Source of the DNA: SAR202 cluster bacterium
GTDB taxonomy: Bacteria; Chloroflexota; Dehalococcoidia; UBA6926; VFHL01
Assembly: GCA_009392005.1 (NCBI GenBank)
Contig: VFHL01000001.1
Coordinates: forward strand, 184,392-248,391
Direction: 5' to 3'
DNA length: 64,000 nt
The notes beneath the pieces are model-generated. The model did no database searches. It was not told the origin of the DNA and worked only from the letters and a program-made list of their open reading frames with translations. The stretch's first letter is position 1; every line of letters starts with the position of its first letter. The translations under genes were made by a program, and so were the position numbers. Positions 19,027 through 29,618 of the stretch are shown piece by piece.

Positions 19027-19680
19027 TTGGCGTACAAAAGCAGGACTTGTAGAAATGGAGAGAAACACTTGAATTTTGGTGATGCGGCGAGTGAAAGTTC
19101 GATTCAACAAGTAAGGAAAGTTTTAAGTGAACGTACTAACGTAAAGGCGTTAATTTTTGATGATCATAATGATGGCCTGAGAGGCTTGAAAAATATGATC
19201 CCGAAAGGCTCTAATGTTTATACCGGGCCGTCTGAGACTCTAAATCAAATTGGTTTTACTGAACATGTGCGTGAGAGTGATGACTACATTGATCTTAGGG
19301 CACGGGTTTTAGCTGAACCTGATTATGATAAGCGGCGTGATATTCGGCGGGAAGTGTCTACAGCTGATTTTTTTGTGGCAAGTGTACATGCGATCGTAGA
19401 AACGGGTGAGGTCGTTATTGTGAGCGGATCAGGTAGTCAACTTGCTGGTTATGCGGCAGGAGCTCGGAATGTAATTTGGGTTGCAGGAAGCAACAAAATA
19501 GTGCCGAATATGGATATTGCGATGCGGCGGGTGCGAGAACATTCTTTGCCATTGGAAGACGCACGTATGAAGAGTACCGGTGCTGCAGGTAGCGCAATTG
19601 GTAAAATATTGATTGTCGAGCGCGAAAGTGTTGAAGGCAGAATCCGGCTAGTATTGATACGCGAGTCCCTTGGATTTTGA
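19027..19680 (+). CDS. LUD-domain protein (LutC/YkgG-like, DUF162)
   Basis: 217 aa; a C-terminal FFVASVHAIVETGEVVIVSGSGSQLAGYAAGARNVIWVAGSNKIVP pattern is typical of the lactate-utilization LUD domain. The true start may be slightly downstream. Confidence 0.6.
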   Translation: MAYKSRTCRNGEKHLNFGDAASESSIQQVRKVLSERTNVKALIFDDHNDGLRGLKNMIPKGSNVYTGPSETLNQIGFTEHVRESDDYIDLRARVLAEPDYDKRRDIRREVSTADFFVASVHAIVETGEVVIVSGSGSQLAGYAAGARNVIWVAGSNKIVPNMDIAMRRVREHSLPLEDARMKSTGAAGSAIGKILIVERESVEGRIRLVLIRESLGF

Positions 19681-19850
19681 TTGTTTTTGAAGCAAGGGGC
19701 ATGTTTTTTTCGCCAAATGAAAAATTAATCTTTCAACGAATTGGCATAAATCTTGACGTATTCCTCTACCATCGGTATATTCACTGACTGTGCATGGTTT
19801 GTGCATAAATTAACGAAATGCTTGAGCCCTAAATTGCAAAGTGAGACTTA

Positions 19851-20612
19851 ATGGCGTCTTTATTTGACTTACATGTTCATACGACTGGTGGCAGTCCCGA
19901 TAGTGATCTTTCCCCAGAAGAATTCGTTGAAGAAGCGAGGCGTTTGGGTTTGAATGGGGGGCTTTTTTCTGAGCATAATGGATTCCCACGGCATGAATTT
20001 GAACGCATTGCTAAGCAAGCTGATGATTTGGTTCTTATAAATGGCATTGAGTTCTATACGAATTATGGCCATGTGCTGACGATTGGCATAGATGGTTATT
20101 CCGGGGGTGTTATTGACATTAGTGTTCTTCGAGAGCAAGTCGATAAAGCGGATGGATTTATGATTCTAGCGCATCCTTTTCGATTCTTGTTCGATCCTTC
20201 AGGTTTATATACACGGAATATTTTGTTTGAAGATCCGAATAATATTCCACAAACTGCAGAGGAAGCTGCTGAGCATGCAGTATTTGAGATAATAGATGAA
20301 GTCGAGGTGGTTAATGGTGGGAATCTCCAGGAAGAGAATCGCTTCGCGCAAGGGGTTGTGAAAGTGGTTGGCAAGAAGGGTACAGGCGGAAGCGATGCTC
20401 ATTCGACAAATGGATTAGCAAAAGGTATGACTGTATTCCATGGAGATATCCGCAACCAAGAAGATCTAGTTGAAGCCCTTAGAGCAGGTGCATTCACGCC
20501 GGTAGAGAATTATCACATTGGTAAGACATCCCTTTATGGGGATTTGGTTGAAGATGTGAAGCCATTTCTCGAATCACTTGATTCTTATGATGCAGGTCCG
20601 GACCAAAAATAA
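19851..20612 (+). CDS. PHP-domain metal-dependent phosphoesterase
   Basis: N-terminal DLHVHTTGGSPDS (PHP motif I) and further His-rich motifs (SEHNGF, LAHPFR, GGSDAHS). Confidence 0.7.
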   Translation: MASLFDLHVHTTGGSPDSDLSPEEFVEEARRLGLNGGLFSEHNGFPRHEFERIAKQADDLVLINGIEFYTNYGHVLTIGIDGYSGGVIDISVLREQVDKADGFMILAHPFRFLFDPSGLYTRNILFEDPNNIPQTAEEAAEHAVFEIIDEVEVVNGGNLQEENRFAQGVVKVVGKKGTGGSDAHSTNGLAKGMTVFHGDIRNQEDLVEALRAGAFTPVENYHIGKTSLYGDLVEDVKPFLESLDSYDAGPDQK

Positions 20613-20850
20613 ACATGGCATCGCAGAATAAATTTAGATAAAAAATTTTCGGCCTATGCTGCGTTTCGATGAATTACGATCGCTAACGGTGCAAACACTG
20701 GCGCACTTTATTTGGTTATGTCGCAAGCATGAAAATTATGTTGATGATTTAGTACGTAACATTAAAGCTCTTGTTCCTGCTAGAATGCAGCCTCTTTTAT
20801 CTCTAGGTCTACTCAGGTACTATGGGTGAAAATCGTGAGAGAGCGATACA

Positions 20851-21849
20851 ATGCCAGCGAATTTGACTCCCGTTTATTACGAAGCTGAGAGGAAATATAA
20901 AACAGCAAGAAGTGTTCCTGAAAGGGTTGCTGCTCTACAGGAAATGTTAGCTGTTATGCCCAAACACAAGGGGACAGATCATCTTCAGGCAGACCTGAAG
21001 TCCCGTATCGCGAAACTGTTGGATGATCTGGATAAACCGACATCAGGACCGAAGCGAACAACGAATCCATTTAACATTCGCAAAGAGGGCGCGGGACAAA
21101 TTGCTCTTGTGGGCTACGCAAATGCTGGAAAATCCGCATTACTGGCAAATTTCACTGGAGCTGCTGCCAAAGTCGCTTCGTACTCATACACAACATTGGT
21201 CCCGTCTCTGGGAATGCTGCCTTACGGTAATGTTCAAATGCAGCTAGTCGACATACCGGCAATTGATGCTCCTGCAACACAGACTTCACTTTTTGGTTTA
21301 CTTAGGAATACGAGTTTATTTGCTTTGGTTGTAGACCTCACTGGAGATCCGGTAAGTCAAGCAACAAGTTTGATGGCTCATTTGGCTGACTGGGGTTTTG
21401 AGCTTTTAGGATTGCAGCATGATCAAGATACAGCAGAAGAAGATCAACATCGCGGAAAACCAGTTGTGTTGGTTGGTACGAAGGCAGATATCGAGGGAGG
21501 CTTAGATGGCTATCAGGCTTTGGAGATGGCGTTCGAATCAAAATTCCCCGTTGTTATGACTTCCGCTAATGAGAGGTTGGGCGCAGATGATTTCGCAGAT
21601 GCCGTTTATCAATTATTAGATGTCGTGCGCGTTTATACGAAAACTCCAGGTCAAGCTGCTGTTTTATCCAATCCATTGGTATTGAGCCGTGGCAGCACTA
21701 TATATGATGTTGCGGAAGATGTTCATAAAGATTTACTCAAGGGTTTTAAATATGCTCTTTTGTGGGGCTCTTCTGGTAAATTTGATGGTCAGCGTGTAGG
21801 GCGCGACCATGAGGTTGCTGATGGTGATGTTGTTGAATTACATATATAA
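20851..21849 (+). CDS. OBG-class GTPase of the DRG/Rbg1-like family with C-terminal TGS domain
   Basis: G1 motif GYANAGKSALL, an N-terminal helical region like DRG proteins, and a C-terminal TGS-like beta-grasp (VRVYTKTPGQ...GDVVELHI). Confidence 0.7.
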   Translation: MPANLTPVYYEAERKYKTARSVPERVAALQEMLAVMPKHKGTDHLQADLKSRIAKLLDDLDKPTSGPKRTTNPFNIRKEGAGQIALVGYANAGKSALLANFTGAAAKVASYSYTTLVPSLGMLPYGNVQMQLVDIPAIDAPATQTSLFGLLRNTSLFALVVDLTGDPVSQATSLMAHLADWGFELLGLQHDQDTAEEDQHRGKPVVLVGTKADIEGGLDGYQALEMAFESKFPVVMTSANERLGADDFADAVYQLLDVVRVYTKTPGQAAVLSNPLVLSRGSTIYDVAEDVHKDLLKGFKYALLWGSSGKFDGQRVGRDHEVADGDVVELHI

Positions 21850-21885
21850 AGTGGGCCGCTTTTGTCATTAATATAAACAGCAGAT

Positions 21886-23157
21886 CTAATCAATGTTAGA
21901 AAAACCGGTGTATGGCCTAAGTACTTCAGGGATGTTTATCGAACCGTTTTCTTGTTGATATGTTTCCATGATGGCAATCATTATCCGCGGTAACGCGACG
22001 CCTGATCCGTTCAAGGTGTGAACAAATTCTGGACGATTTGTTTGGCCATCACTGTCCACAGGTCGGTAACGTATGTTTGCACGTCGGGCTTGGAAATCAC
22101 TGCATGTCGAGCATGAACTTACTTCAAGCCATTCTTTGCAACCGGGAGCCCATACTTCTATGTCGAAGCTTTTTGCAGCTGCGGCTCCAAGATCGCCAGT
22201 GCATAGCTCAACAACTCGATATGCCAATCCTAAACGCTTTGGGATCTCTTCAGCGTGGCTTAGTAGCTTTTTTAGCTCCATTAAAGAATCTTCAGGTTTG
22301 ACAAATCGGTATAGCTCGACCTTGTCAAACTGATGCCCTCTCTTGATTCCACGAACATCTCTCCCTGCCGACATTTTTTCTCTACGGAAACATGCAGTGT
22401 ACGCTGTGTAAGAGATTGGCATCTCTTCTATGTCAAAGATTTCATCTCTATGCATATTGGTGAGAGGCACTTCAGCAGTGGGAATCATCCAAAGGTCTTC
22501 CTCAATATCCCGATACAGGTTGTCCTGAAATTTGGGTAGTTGCCCGCTAGCTCGCATGCCCTCCTCGGTGATCATATATGGAGGGTATATTTCAGTGTAT
22601 TGGTGTTCTTCTGTATGCAGGTCTAACATCCATTGGATCAGTGCACGCTGAAGTTTTGCGGCCTTTTTTTTCAGAACATAGAATCTTGAACCTGCCATTC
22701 TTGCTCCGCGTTCAAAATCAATGATATCTAAGCGCGTTCCCAGATCCCAATGTGCTTCCGTCTCAAAGTCAAATGAAGGGGTATCTCCTTCAATTCGAAC
22801 AACTTTATTGGCTCTTTCATCTTCGCCAAAAGGTACTGATGGATCCGGTAAATTTGGGAGATGGGAGAGTTGTGTTTGGATTTCATTGTCAATTACGTGC
22901 AATTCATCTTCTTGAGTCTTAATGCGTTCTCCTAGTTCACGCATTTCTTTCATGATTTCGGGTGTGCGTTGCTCAGGATTGGACATATTACGCGAAACGC
23001 TGTTGCGCTGAGCACGCATTTCTTCAGATTCGTGAAGCAGCAGACGTTTTTTTTTGTCGAGTTCAAGAATCGTTTCGATGCTTGTTTCCTCGCCACGGAG
23101 TGCCAAAGCACTTTTGACCAAGTCAGGCTCTTCTCTTATTTGGCGAATGTCAATCAT
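21886..23157 (-). CDS. serS: Seryl-tRNA synthetase
   Basis: 423 aa with an N-terminal coiled-coil arm and class II motifs (FRREKMSAGRDVRGIKRGHQFDKVE; GSGVALPRIMIAIME). Confidence 0.9.
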   Translation of the reverse strand: MIDIRQIREEPDLVKSALALRGEETSIETILELDKKKRLLLHESEEMRAQRNSVSRNMSNPEQRTPEIMKEMRELGERIKTQEDELHVIDNEIQTQLSHLPNLPDPSVPFGEDERANKVVRIEGDTPSFDFETEAHWDLGTRLDIIDFERGARMAGSRFYVLKKKAAKLQRALIQWMLDLHTEEHQYTEIYPPYMITEEGMRASGQLPKFQDNLYRDIEEDLWMIPTAEVPLTNMHRDEIFDIEEMPISYTAYTACFRREKMSAGRDVRGIKRGHQFDKVELYRFVKPEDSLMELKKLLSHAEEIPKRLGLAYRVVELCTGDLGAAAAKSFDIEVWAPGCKEWLEVSSCSTCSDFQARRANIRYRPVDSDGQTNRPEFVHTLNGSGVALPRIMIAIMETYQQENGSINIPEVLRPYTGFSNID

Positions 23158-23478
23158 AACGTATTGGTCCTTTTCCCTTTTCGTGCATATCTATCACTTA
23201 TCGTAGCATGTGAGAGACAAAATATTATCAGTCTTCCTCCGATACCAGAAGATACTTTTCTATGCAAGTTTGTTTTCTAGTTCGGTGGGATCTTGACCGT
23301 TCATTTTTGACCAAAGTGTTTTTCGTAAAATCAGATCATCATATCCGTCCATTTTGCTCACGGTATCGTTTCAACAAAAAGAAGAAACGAAAAAAGTTTG
23401 GTTGGATTCCTTGAGCCTTAGGGGTCCTATTGATATGATCCACTTACTATTCTGAACTGATGTATTGAGAGGCGATTT

Positions 23479-24561
23479 GTGTCTTTAAGTGTAACTGCAT
23501 TGCATTCTGCGCATGCCAATTTGAGAGGGCGCATGATTGACTTTAATGGTTGGTCTATGCCTGTTCAGTATGAAGGGATTATGGCTGAGCATCGCGTTGT
23601 TCGTGAAGGATGTGGAATCTTTGATGTAAGCCACATGGGGCGTATACGAATCGATGGTGCTGACGCGCCAGAATTTCTGAATATGTTACTCACGAATGAG
23701 TTTGCGAGCATGAAACCTGGGCTTGCTCGATACAGTTTGCTGTGTCGAGAAGATGGCGGGATCATTGATGACATGGTGATTTTCCGCTTGGGAAGTGCCG
23801 AATATTTGGCAATCCCTAACGCAGGTAGTTATGAAAAAGTATTGACATGGTTGAATAAATGGGCGGTTGATTTTCAGGGTTTGAGTGTTGTTCCCCTTCG
23901 CGATGAGACATCAATGATTGCTGTCCAAGGGCCTCGTTCGGAACAAATTATGGAACGGCTAACGGGTTTGGATTTAAACGGAATGCGGCGGTTTTCGCAC
24001 ACCCAGGTTTCGATTTTTGGTCGTAATGTACTCGTAGCTCGAACGGGTTATACGGGGGAAGATGGTTTTGAAGTTATTAGCGAATCAGGGGATGCTATGG
24101 CCATATGGGAAGCATTGATGGGTGAAGGTTGTGTACCCTGTGGACTTGGATCTAGGGATACTTTGAGGTTAGAGGCTGGTTTGCTGCTTTATGGCTCTGA
24201 TATGGATGAATCAATTAATCCGTTGGAAGTAGGATTAACAAAATTTATTAATTTTAATAAGGATTTTGTTGGGGTAGAGGCGCTTCGTGCCCAAGAGACG
24301 GCCGGTGTGCAACGACATCTTTATGGTCTTTGTGTGGATAAAAAAGAGGGTATTCCCAGAGCTCATCAAGAGGTCTACTCGAATGGGGAATTGATTGGCG
24401 AAACGACTAGTGGTACGTTTGCACCGAGCTTAGGAATAGGTATTGCGCTCGCTCTATTATCTTCAGATTTTGAAGTGGGAGCAACGGTTGAGGTTGATAT
24501 ACGGGGTAAACGCGTGTCATCAACGATTTCGCAACTTCCGTTTTATGTAAAAAAGGATTAG
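23479..24561 (+). CDS. gcvT: Glycine cleavage system T protein (aminomethyltransferase)
   Basis: 360 aa with a GTG start. The MPVQYEG, DVSHMG and ARTGYTGEDGFE motifs are present. Confidence 0.9.
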   Translation: MSLSVTALHSAHANLRGRMIDFNGWSMPVQYEGIMAEHRVVREGCGIFDVSHMGRIRIDGADAPEFLNMLLTNEFASMKPGLARYSLLCREDGGIIDDMVIFRLGSAEYLAIPNAGSYEKVLTWLNKWAVDFQGLSVVPLRDETSMIAVQGPRSEQIMERLTGLDLNGMRRFSHTQVSIFGRNVLVARTGYTGEDGFEVISESGDAMAIWEALMGEGCVPCGLGSRDTLRLEAGLLLYGSDMDESINPLEVGLTKFINFNKDFVGVEALRAQETAGVQRHLYGLCVDKKEGIPRAHQEVYSNGELIGETTSGTFAPSLGIGIALALLSSDFEVGATVEVDIRGKRVSSTISQLPFYVKKD

Positions 24562-24569
24562 GAGTAGGC

Positions 24570-24956
24570 ATGGATTCGACAGCGCTTAAATACAGCAAAG
24601 AACATGAGTGGATATCTGTTGATGATCGTGACGTGCATACGGTGGGTATCACAAATTATGCTCAGGCGGAATTAGGGGACGTGGTTTTTGTTGCCTTACC
24701 AGAAGTGGGAGCAGAGGTTGTTCAATTTTCGCAAATGGGTGAGATTGAATCTGTAAAGGCGGTCTCTGATTTGTTCTCTCCAGTGAGCGGCGTCGTTGTT
24801 GAGGTGAATGAGGCTCTCGCGGATCATCCTGAGCTCGTTAATCAAGATCCACTGGGTGAAGGATGGCTCCTCAAGGTGCGACTATCTGATGCAAATGAAT
24901 TGGATGCATTGATGACGGAAGATGAATATGAAGAGATGACTGAGGGTTTGCACTAA
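24570..24956 (+). CDS. gcvH: Glycine cleavage system H protein (lipoyl carrier)
   Basis: 128 aa with the lipoyl-lysine motif ESVKAVSD. Confidence 0.9.
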   Translation: MDSTALKYSKEHEWISVDDRDVHTVGITNYAQAELGDVVFVALPEVGAEVVQFSQMGEIESVKAVSDLFSPVSGVVVEVNEALADHPELVNQDPLGEGWLLKVRLSDANELDALMTEDEYEEMTEGLH

Positions 24957-26249
24957 ATGGTTACACCATATATTCCTAATACACAAGATGATCAAAATCG
25001 CATCATGGAAACAATTGGGATTAGCTCGGTTGATGAATTGTTTAGAGATATTCCTCGAGGCAGGCTAAATCCATCGTTTGATTTACCGGGTCCAATGGCA
25101 GAAGCTGATTTGCTTCGAGAACTTCAATCAATGGCGGCAAAGAACTGGACTCTTGATGTTCATACATCTTTTCTAGGCAATGGTTCGACTAACCGTTTTG
25201 TACCAAGTATTGTCGGGCATATTATTGGGCGCAATGAATTTTTAACAGCGTATACGCCATATCAGCCAGAAGTTAGCCAAGGGATTTTGCAAGCAATTTA
25301 TGAATACCAATCTTTGGTTAGTCAATTGTTTCAGATGGATGCAACAAATGCTGGAATGTATGACGGAGCTTCTGCGCTTGCTGAGGCAGCTTTAATGGCC
25401 TGCCGCCAAACTAAGCGTAATCGCGTTGCTGTAAGAAAATCTATTTCCCCGTTATTGCGAGAAGTTTTAGAAACATATCTAAATGCCCAGGAAATTGAAA
25501 TAGTTGAAAATGTTGATGATGAAAGTGCGTGTCTCATTGTTCAGCAGCCAAACCATTTAGGCGTTTGGGAGTCAACTGATGGACTCGCTGCTGAAACACA
25601 CTCATTAGGGGCCTTACTTGTCTGTTCGGTCGATCCATTGTCGCTAGGGATGTTTGCGGCTCCAGGTTCGTATGGAGCGGACATTGTGGTAGCGGAAGGG
25701 CAAAGTCTTGGAATAGCACCAAGTTTTGGTGGCCCTGGTCTCGGAATATTTTCGTGTCGCAAGGAGTATGTTCGCCAAATGCCGAGCCGTATAGTTGGAC
25801 GTACGTTTGATGGCAACGGCAAAGAGGGATTTGTTTTAACGTTGCAGACGCGCGAACAGCATATTCGACGTGAAAAGGCGACGTCCAATATTTGTACCAA
25901 TGAAACATTATTGGCGATAGCGACCGCAGTTTATTTGGCCGCTCTAGGTCCAAAGGGATTAAGACAGGTTTCTGAGCTTGCATATCATAAGGCCCACTAT
26001 GCAGCTCAAAGGATTGGTGACCTCTCTGGTTTCTCGGTTAATGATGGAGACATTTTTTTCGACGAATTTGTGGTGCAATGTCCCCAATCACCTGAGGCAA
26101 CAAATCAATATTTATTGGATAAGGGCATTTTAGGAGGGATTGATGTGAGTTCTTCTGTGCCAAATGGTTTACTACTTTGTGTAACTGAGTTGGTCACACG
26201 GGATCAAATTGATGAACTTGTATCGTGTTTAGAAAGAATGGAGAATTGA
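24957..26249 (+). CDS. gcvPA: Glycine dehydrogenase (decarboxylating) subunit 1
   Basis: 430 aa in the split P-protein N-terminal half (YTPYQPEVSQG), sitting in the gcvT-H-PA-PB order. Confidence 0.9.
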   Translation: MVTPYIPNTQDDQNRIMETIGISSVDELFRDIPRGRLNPSFDLPGPMAEADLLRELQSMAAKNWTLDVHTSFLGNGSTNRFVPSIVGHIIGRNEFLTAYTPYQPEVSQGILQAIYEYQSLVSQLFQMDATNAGMYDGASALAEAALMACRQTKRNRVAVRKSISPLLREVLETYLNAQEIEIVENVDDESACLIVQQPNHLGVWESTDGLAAETHSLGALLVCSVDPLSLGMFAAPGSYGADIVVAEGQSLGIAPSFGGPGLGIFSCRKEYVRQMPSRIVGRTFDGNGKEGFVLTLQTREQHIRREKATSNICTNETLLAIATAVYLAALGPKGLRQVSELAYHKAHYAAQRIGDLSGFSVNDGDIFFDEFVVQCPQSPEATNQYLLDKGILGGIDVSSSVPNGLLLCVTELVTRDQIDELVSCLERMEN

Positions 26250-26251
26250 AC

Positions 26252-27709
26252 GTGGGCGTTACAGCGCAAGATAATAAAACGCGGCTATTAATGGATCAGA
26301 GTCGCTCTGGTCGCCGTGGCGCGACAATCCCCGCGCTCGATGTACCAAGGTCAGATTTGCCACCTGATAACATGTTGCGCAGGGAATTGGATTTGCCAGA
26401 ACTGAGCGAACCGGAGATTATCCGATATTTCATTCGATTGAGTTCAATGAATTACTCTGTTGATACGAATTTTTACCCTCTTGGCAGTTGTACGATGAAG
26501 TACAATCCAAAAATTAATGATGAAATAGCTCGATTGCCTGGATTTGCACGAATTCATCCATTCCAACCGGAAGAGACGGTTCAAGGAGCGCTAGAACTTT
26601 TGCATCACTTGCAAGATTTATTGGCGGAAATTACTGGTATGGATGCTGTTAGTCTCGCGCCTAGCGCAGGTGCACATGGAGAGTTCAGTGGGATGCTGCT
26701 TTTTCGGTCCTATCATAAATCGCGTGGGGATGTAAAACGTCAGCAGATACTGGTTCCGGATTCTGCTCATGGAACTAATCCCGCTTCAGCCGCGATGGCA
26801 GGTTTTGAGGTTGTTGAGGTGCAATCAGATGCTGAAGGGAATACTGACTTAGAGGATTTGCGATCAAAGCTTTCGGATTCCGTCGCGGGAATTATGTTAA
26901 CGATGCCTTCGACTTTAGGTTTATTTGATCCAAATGTTGAAGAAGTCTGCAATTTGGTGCATGAAGCAGGTGGACTTGTTTACGGTGATGGTGCGAATAT
27001 GAATGCGATATTGGGCAAGGTGAAACTTGGGGATCTTGGCTTTGACGTCGTCCATTTGAATCTCCATAAAACATTTAGTACTCCACATGGTGGGGGAGGC
27101 CCTGGTGCAGGGCCGATTTGTGTGAAAGAACCTTTCAGTCGCTATTTGCCGAAACCGCATGTTGAGAAAATTGGTGAAGCTTATCGTTTAGTAGCGCCAG
27201 AGGAATCTGTCGGTGCGATAGGGTCATTTTTGGGGAACTTTGGAGTATTGGTTCGCGCTTTTGTGTACATTCGTACTTTAGGTGCAGATGGGTTGCGGGC
27301 GGTTAGTGAGAATGCTGTTTTAAATGCAAATTATGTGCTGGCTCGGTTGCGGGACAAATATTTTCTTCCTTATGATCGCTCCTGCATGCACGAAGTTGTT
27401 TTTTCAGCTAATTGGCAGAAGCGTCATGGTGTAAAGGCATTAGATATTGGCAAACGATTACTGGATCATGGGTTCTATGCACCTACGATTTATTTTCCAT
27501 TGATTGTTGAAGAGGCAATGATGATTGAGCCAACAGAGACAGAAACTCTGGAAACGATTGACGAATTCATTGATGCAATGCTGGACATTGCTGAAGAAGC
27601 GGAAAAGGATCCGGACATTGTTATTGGTGCGCCGTATACGACTCCGGTCATACGGTTAGATGAAGCTTTAGCTGCTCGACAGCCTGATTTGAGATGGACT
27701 GAACGTTAG
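26252..27709 (+). CDS. gcvPB: Glycine dehydrogenase (decarboxylating) subunit 2 (PLP-binding)
   Basis: FYPLGSCTMKYNPK, and the PLP-lysine region LNLHKTFSTPHGGGGPG. The probable GTG start at 26252 comes right after the gcvPA stop (the track ORF starts at 26225). Confidence 0.88.
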   Translation: MGVTAQDNKTRLLMDQSRSGRRGATIPALDVPRSDLPPDNMLRRELDLPELSEPEIIRYFIRLSSMNYSVDTNFYPLGSCTMKYNPKINDEIARLPGFARIHPFQPEETVQGALELLHHLQDLLAEITGMDAVSLAPSAGAHGEFSGMLLFRSYHKSRGDVKRQQILVPDSAHGTNPASAAMAGFEVVEVQSDAEGNTDLEDLRSKLSDSVAGIMLTMPSTLGLFDPNVEEVCNLVHEAGGLVYGDGANMNAILGKVKLGDLGFDVVHLNLHKTFSTPHGGGGPGAGPICVKEPFSRYLPKPHVEKIGEAYRLVAPEESVGAIGSFLGNFGVLVRAFVYIRTLGADGLRAVSENAVLNANYVLARLRDKYFLPYDRSCMHEVVFSANWQKRHGVKALDIGKRLLDHGFYAPTIYFPLIVEEAMMIEPTETETLETIDEFIDAMLDIAEEAEKDPDIVIGAPYTTPVIRLDEALAARQPDLRWTER

Positions 27710-28146
27710 ATTTGGTGTTTGTTTAGCCAGTCTATGACACCTTCGTCTAGGGTGTCGCAGGCTAAAACAGCGCATTTGATTCTGACTGGGTAGTGTGCAA
27801 CTCCTTGAAGTGCGACTAAATCACCAAGGTCATCAATATTGTTTGGCTCGCTGCCATTCATCAATTCGTGGAATCCTGCTGCAATTGCACGGGCTTGATC
27901 TAGGGTTTTTCCTTTGAGAACATCAGTGAGAATTGAGGCTGATGCCTGACTGATGGAACAGCCTTGGCCAAAGAAAAATGCAACATCTATTTGATCGCCA
28001 TCGAGTACAATTTGGATATTGATTTCGTCTCCGCAAACCGGGTTTTTTTGGTGATTCGCAATGTCGGCATCATCAAGCTGCCGTTTGTTGCGGGGGGTAC
28101 GGTTGTGATCCAAAATGATGTCTCGATAAAGCTCTTCAAGTTCCAT
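27706..28146 (-). CDS. sufU: Fe-S cluster assembly scaffold SufU/IscU-like
   Basis: 146 aa with conserved Cys ligands (NPVCGDEI; GQGCSISQASAS; CAVL), immediately downstream of sufS. Confidence 0.85.
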   Translation of the reverse strand: MELEELYRDIILDHNRTPRNKRQLDDADIANHQKNPVCGDEINIQIVLDGDQIDVAFFFGQGCSISQASASILTDVLKGKTLDQARAIAAGFHELMNGSEPNNIDDLGDLVALQGVAHYPVRIKCAVLACDTLDEGVIDWLNKHQI

Positions 28147-29392
28147 TGTTAAAAAATTTACCTGCTTTCATCAGTGAAGTGATCAACATGTCGATGTCTT
28201 GCTTAGTGGTGTAAATGTACAAGCTGGCACGTGTCGTTGCGGGGACCTTTAGGACATTCATGAGAGGCTGGGCACAATGGTGGCCAGCTCGAACTGCTAT
28301 TCCATCAGTATCAAGAGCAGTAGCTAGATCATGTGGATGGATATCTTGATACCAGAAGGATAGTACCCCACCTCTTTCCTCAATATTGGTTGGGCCAAAT
28401 ACTCTAGCGCCTATTTTTGTTAGCGAATCTAGAGCGTAAGTCGTTAATTCTTTTTCATGTGCACGGACATTATCCATTCCCAGATTTTCCAAGTATTGTA
28501 TAGCTGTGCCAAATGCGATAGTGTCCGCAATATTCGGGGTACCAGCTTCGTATCTCCATGGTGCTTTTTTATACGTGGATGCTTGTAAATGAACTTCATC
28601 AATCATTTCACCACCACCCAAAAAAGGGGACATTTCTTGTAGCGTGGCTGTCTTGCCATATAAAACCCCGATACCAGTCGGTCCAAGCATCTTGTGGCTT
28701 GAAAATGCAAGGAAATCACAGTCCAAATTTGTAACATTAATAGGCATATGTGGGACACTTTGGGCGGCGTCTAGTACAACAATTGCACCCGCTTGATGTG
28801 CTCGTTCAATTATTTCTTCAGTCGAATTGATTGTGCCGAGTACATTGGACATGTGAACGAAACTCACAAGTCTCGTTTTTTTATTGATCAGGGTGTTTAA
28901 ATCGGATAGATCCAATTCGCCATCCTCATTTATCGGGATGTATTTGATAGTCGCTTGGCGCTCTTCTGCAAGAATCTGCCAGGGGACTATGTTGGAGTGA
29001 TGTTCCATTTCTGTCAAAAGGATTTCATCTCCCGTTTCGATGTTTTCACGTCCCCATGCGTATGCGATCAAATTAATACTTTCGGTCGTATTCCGTGTGA
29101 AAATGATATTCTCTGGTTCTTTTGCACCAATGAAATTCGCGACGATGCTACGGACTTCCTCATATGCAGCTGTTGCCTCTTCGCTGATTTTATAAATACC
29201 ACGATGGATATTTGCATTGGTTGTTTCGTAATATGTAGTCAATGTATCGATTACGGCTTGCGGTTTTTGAGACGTCGCTGCATTGTCAAGATAGACAAGT
29301 GGTTTTCCGTTAATAATTCGCTTAAGAATAGGGAAGTCATTTCGTATTTTGGCGCTATCAAATGTAGGTGTGTTGCGTTGAAGATTAGCCAA
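28136..29392 (-). CDS. sufS: Cysteine desulfurase (SufS, class V aminotransferase)
   Basis: 418 aa with a PLP-Lys region (FSSHKMLGPTGIGVLYG) and an active-site loop (RAGHHCAQP). Confidence 0.9.
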   Translation of the reverse strand: MANLQRNTPTFDSAKIRNDFPILKRIINGKPLVYLDNAATSQKPQAVIDTLTTYYETTNANIHRGIYKISEEATAAYEEVRSIVANFIGAKEPENIIFTRNTTESINLIAYAWGRENIETGDEILLTEMEHHSNIVPWQILAEERQATIKYIPINEDGELDLSDLNTLINKKTRLVSFVHMSNVLGTINSTEEIIERAHQAGAIVVLDAAQSVPHMPINVTNLDCDFLAFSSHKMLGPTGIGVLYGKTATLQEMSPFLGGGEMIDEVHLQASTYKKAPWRYEAGTPNIADTIAFGTAIQYLENLGMDNVRAHEKELTTYALDSLTKIGARVFGPTNIEERGGVLSFWYQDIHPHDLATALDTDGIAVRAGHHCAQPLMNVLKVPATTRASLYIYTTKQDIDMLITSLMKAGKFFNNGT

Positions 29393-29618
29393 TGTGTATT
29401 ACTTCCTATTCTTTTCTAATTTGCGCATGTTCTTGGAACTGATTCACTGATCCAATAATGTCAGAGTTGAATTATTCTTAATTTTCTTATAATTATTCTA
29501 ACGGCATCACCAACGGGGCTCAATAGTGGTGGTTATGTCGTATTGACCAAAACATTGGTGAGGCGCTTCTTTGACCACTTATTTGTTCAACTAACCGTGT
29601 AACCATCCCAAAATTAAT

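Noticed and set aside
23158-23478. Possible glycine riboswitch in the 320-bp leader of the gcvT-H-PA-PB operon
   Set aside because: I searched both strands for the GGAGAG...ACCGAAGGGGCAA-type conserved aptamer cores and found no match. The leader looks like an ordinary promoter/UTR.
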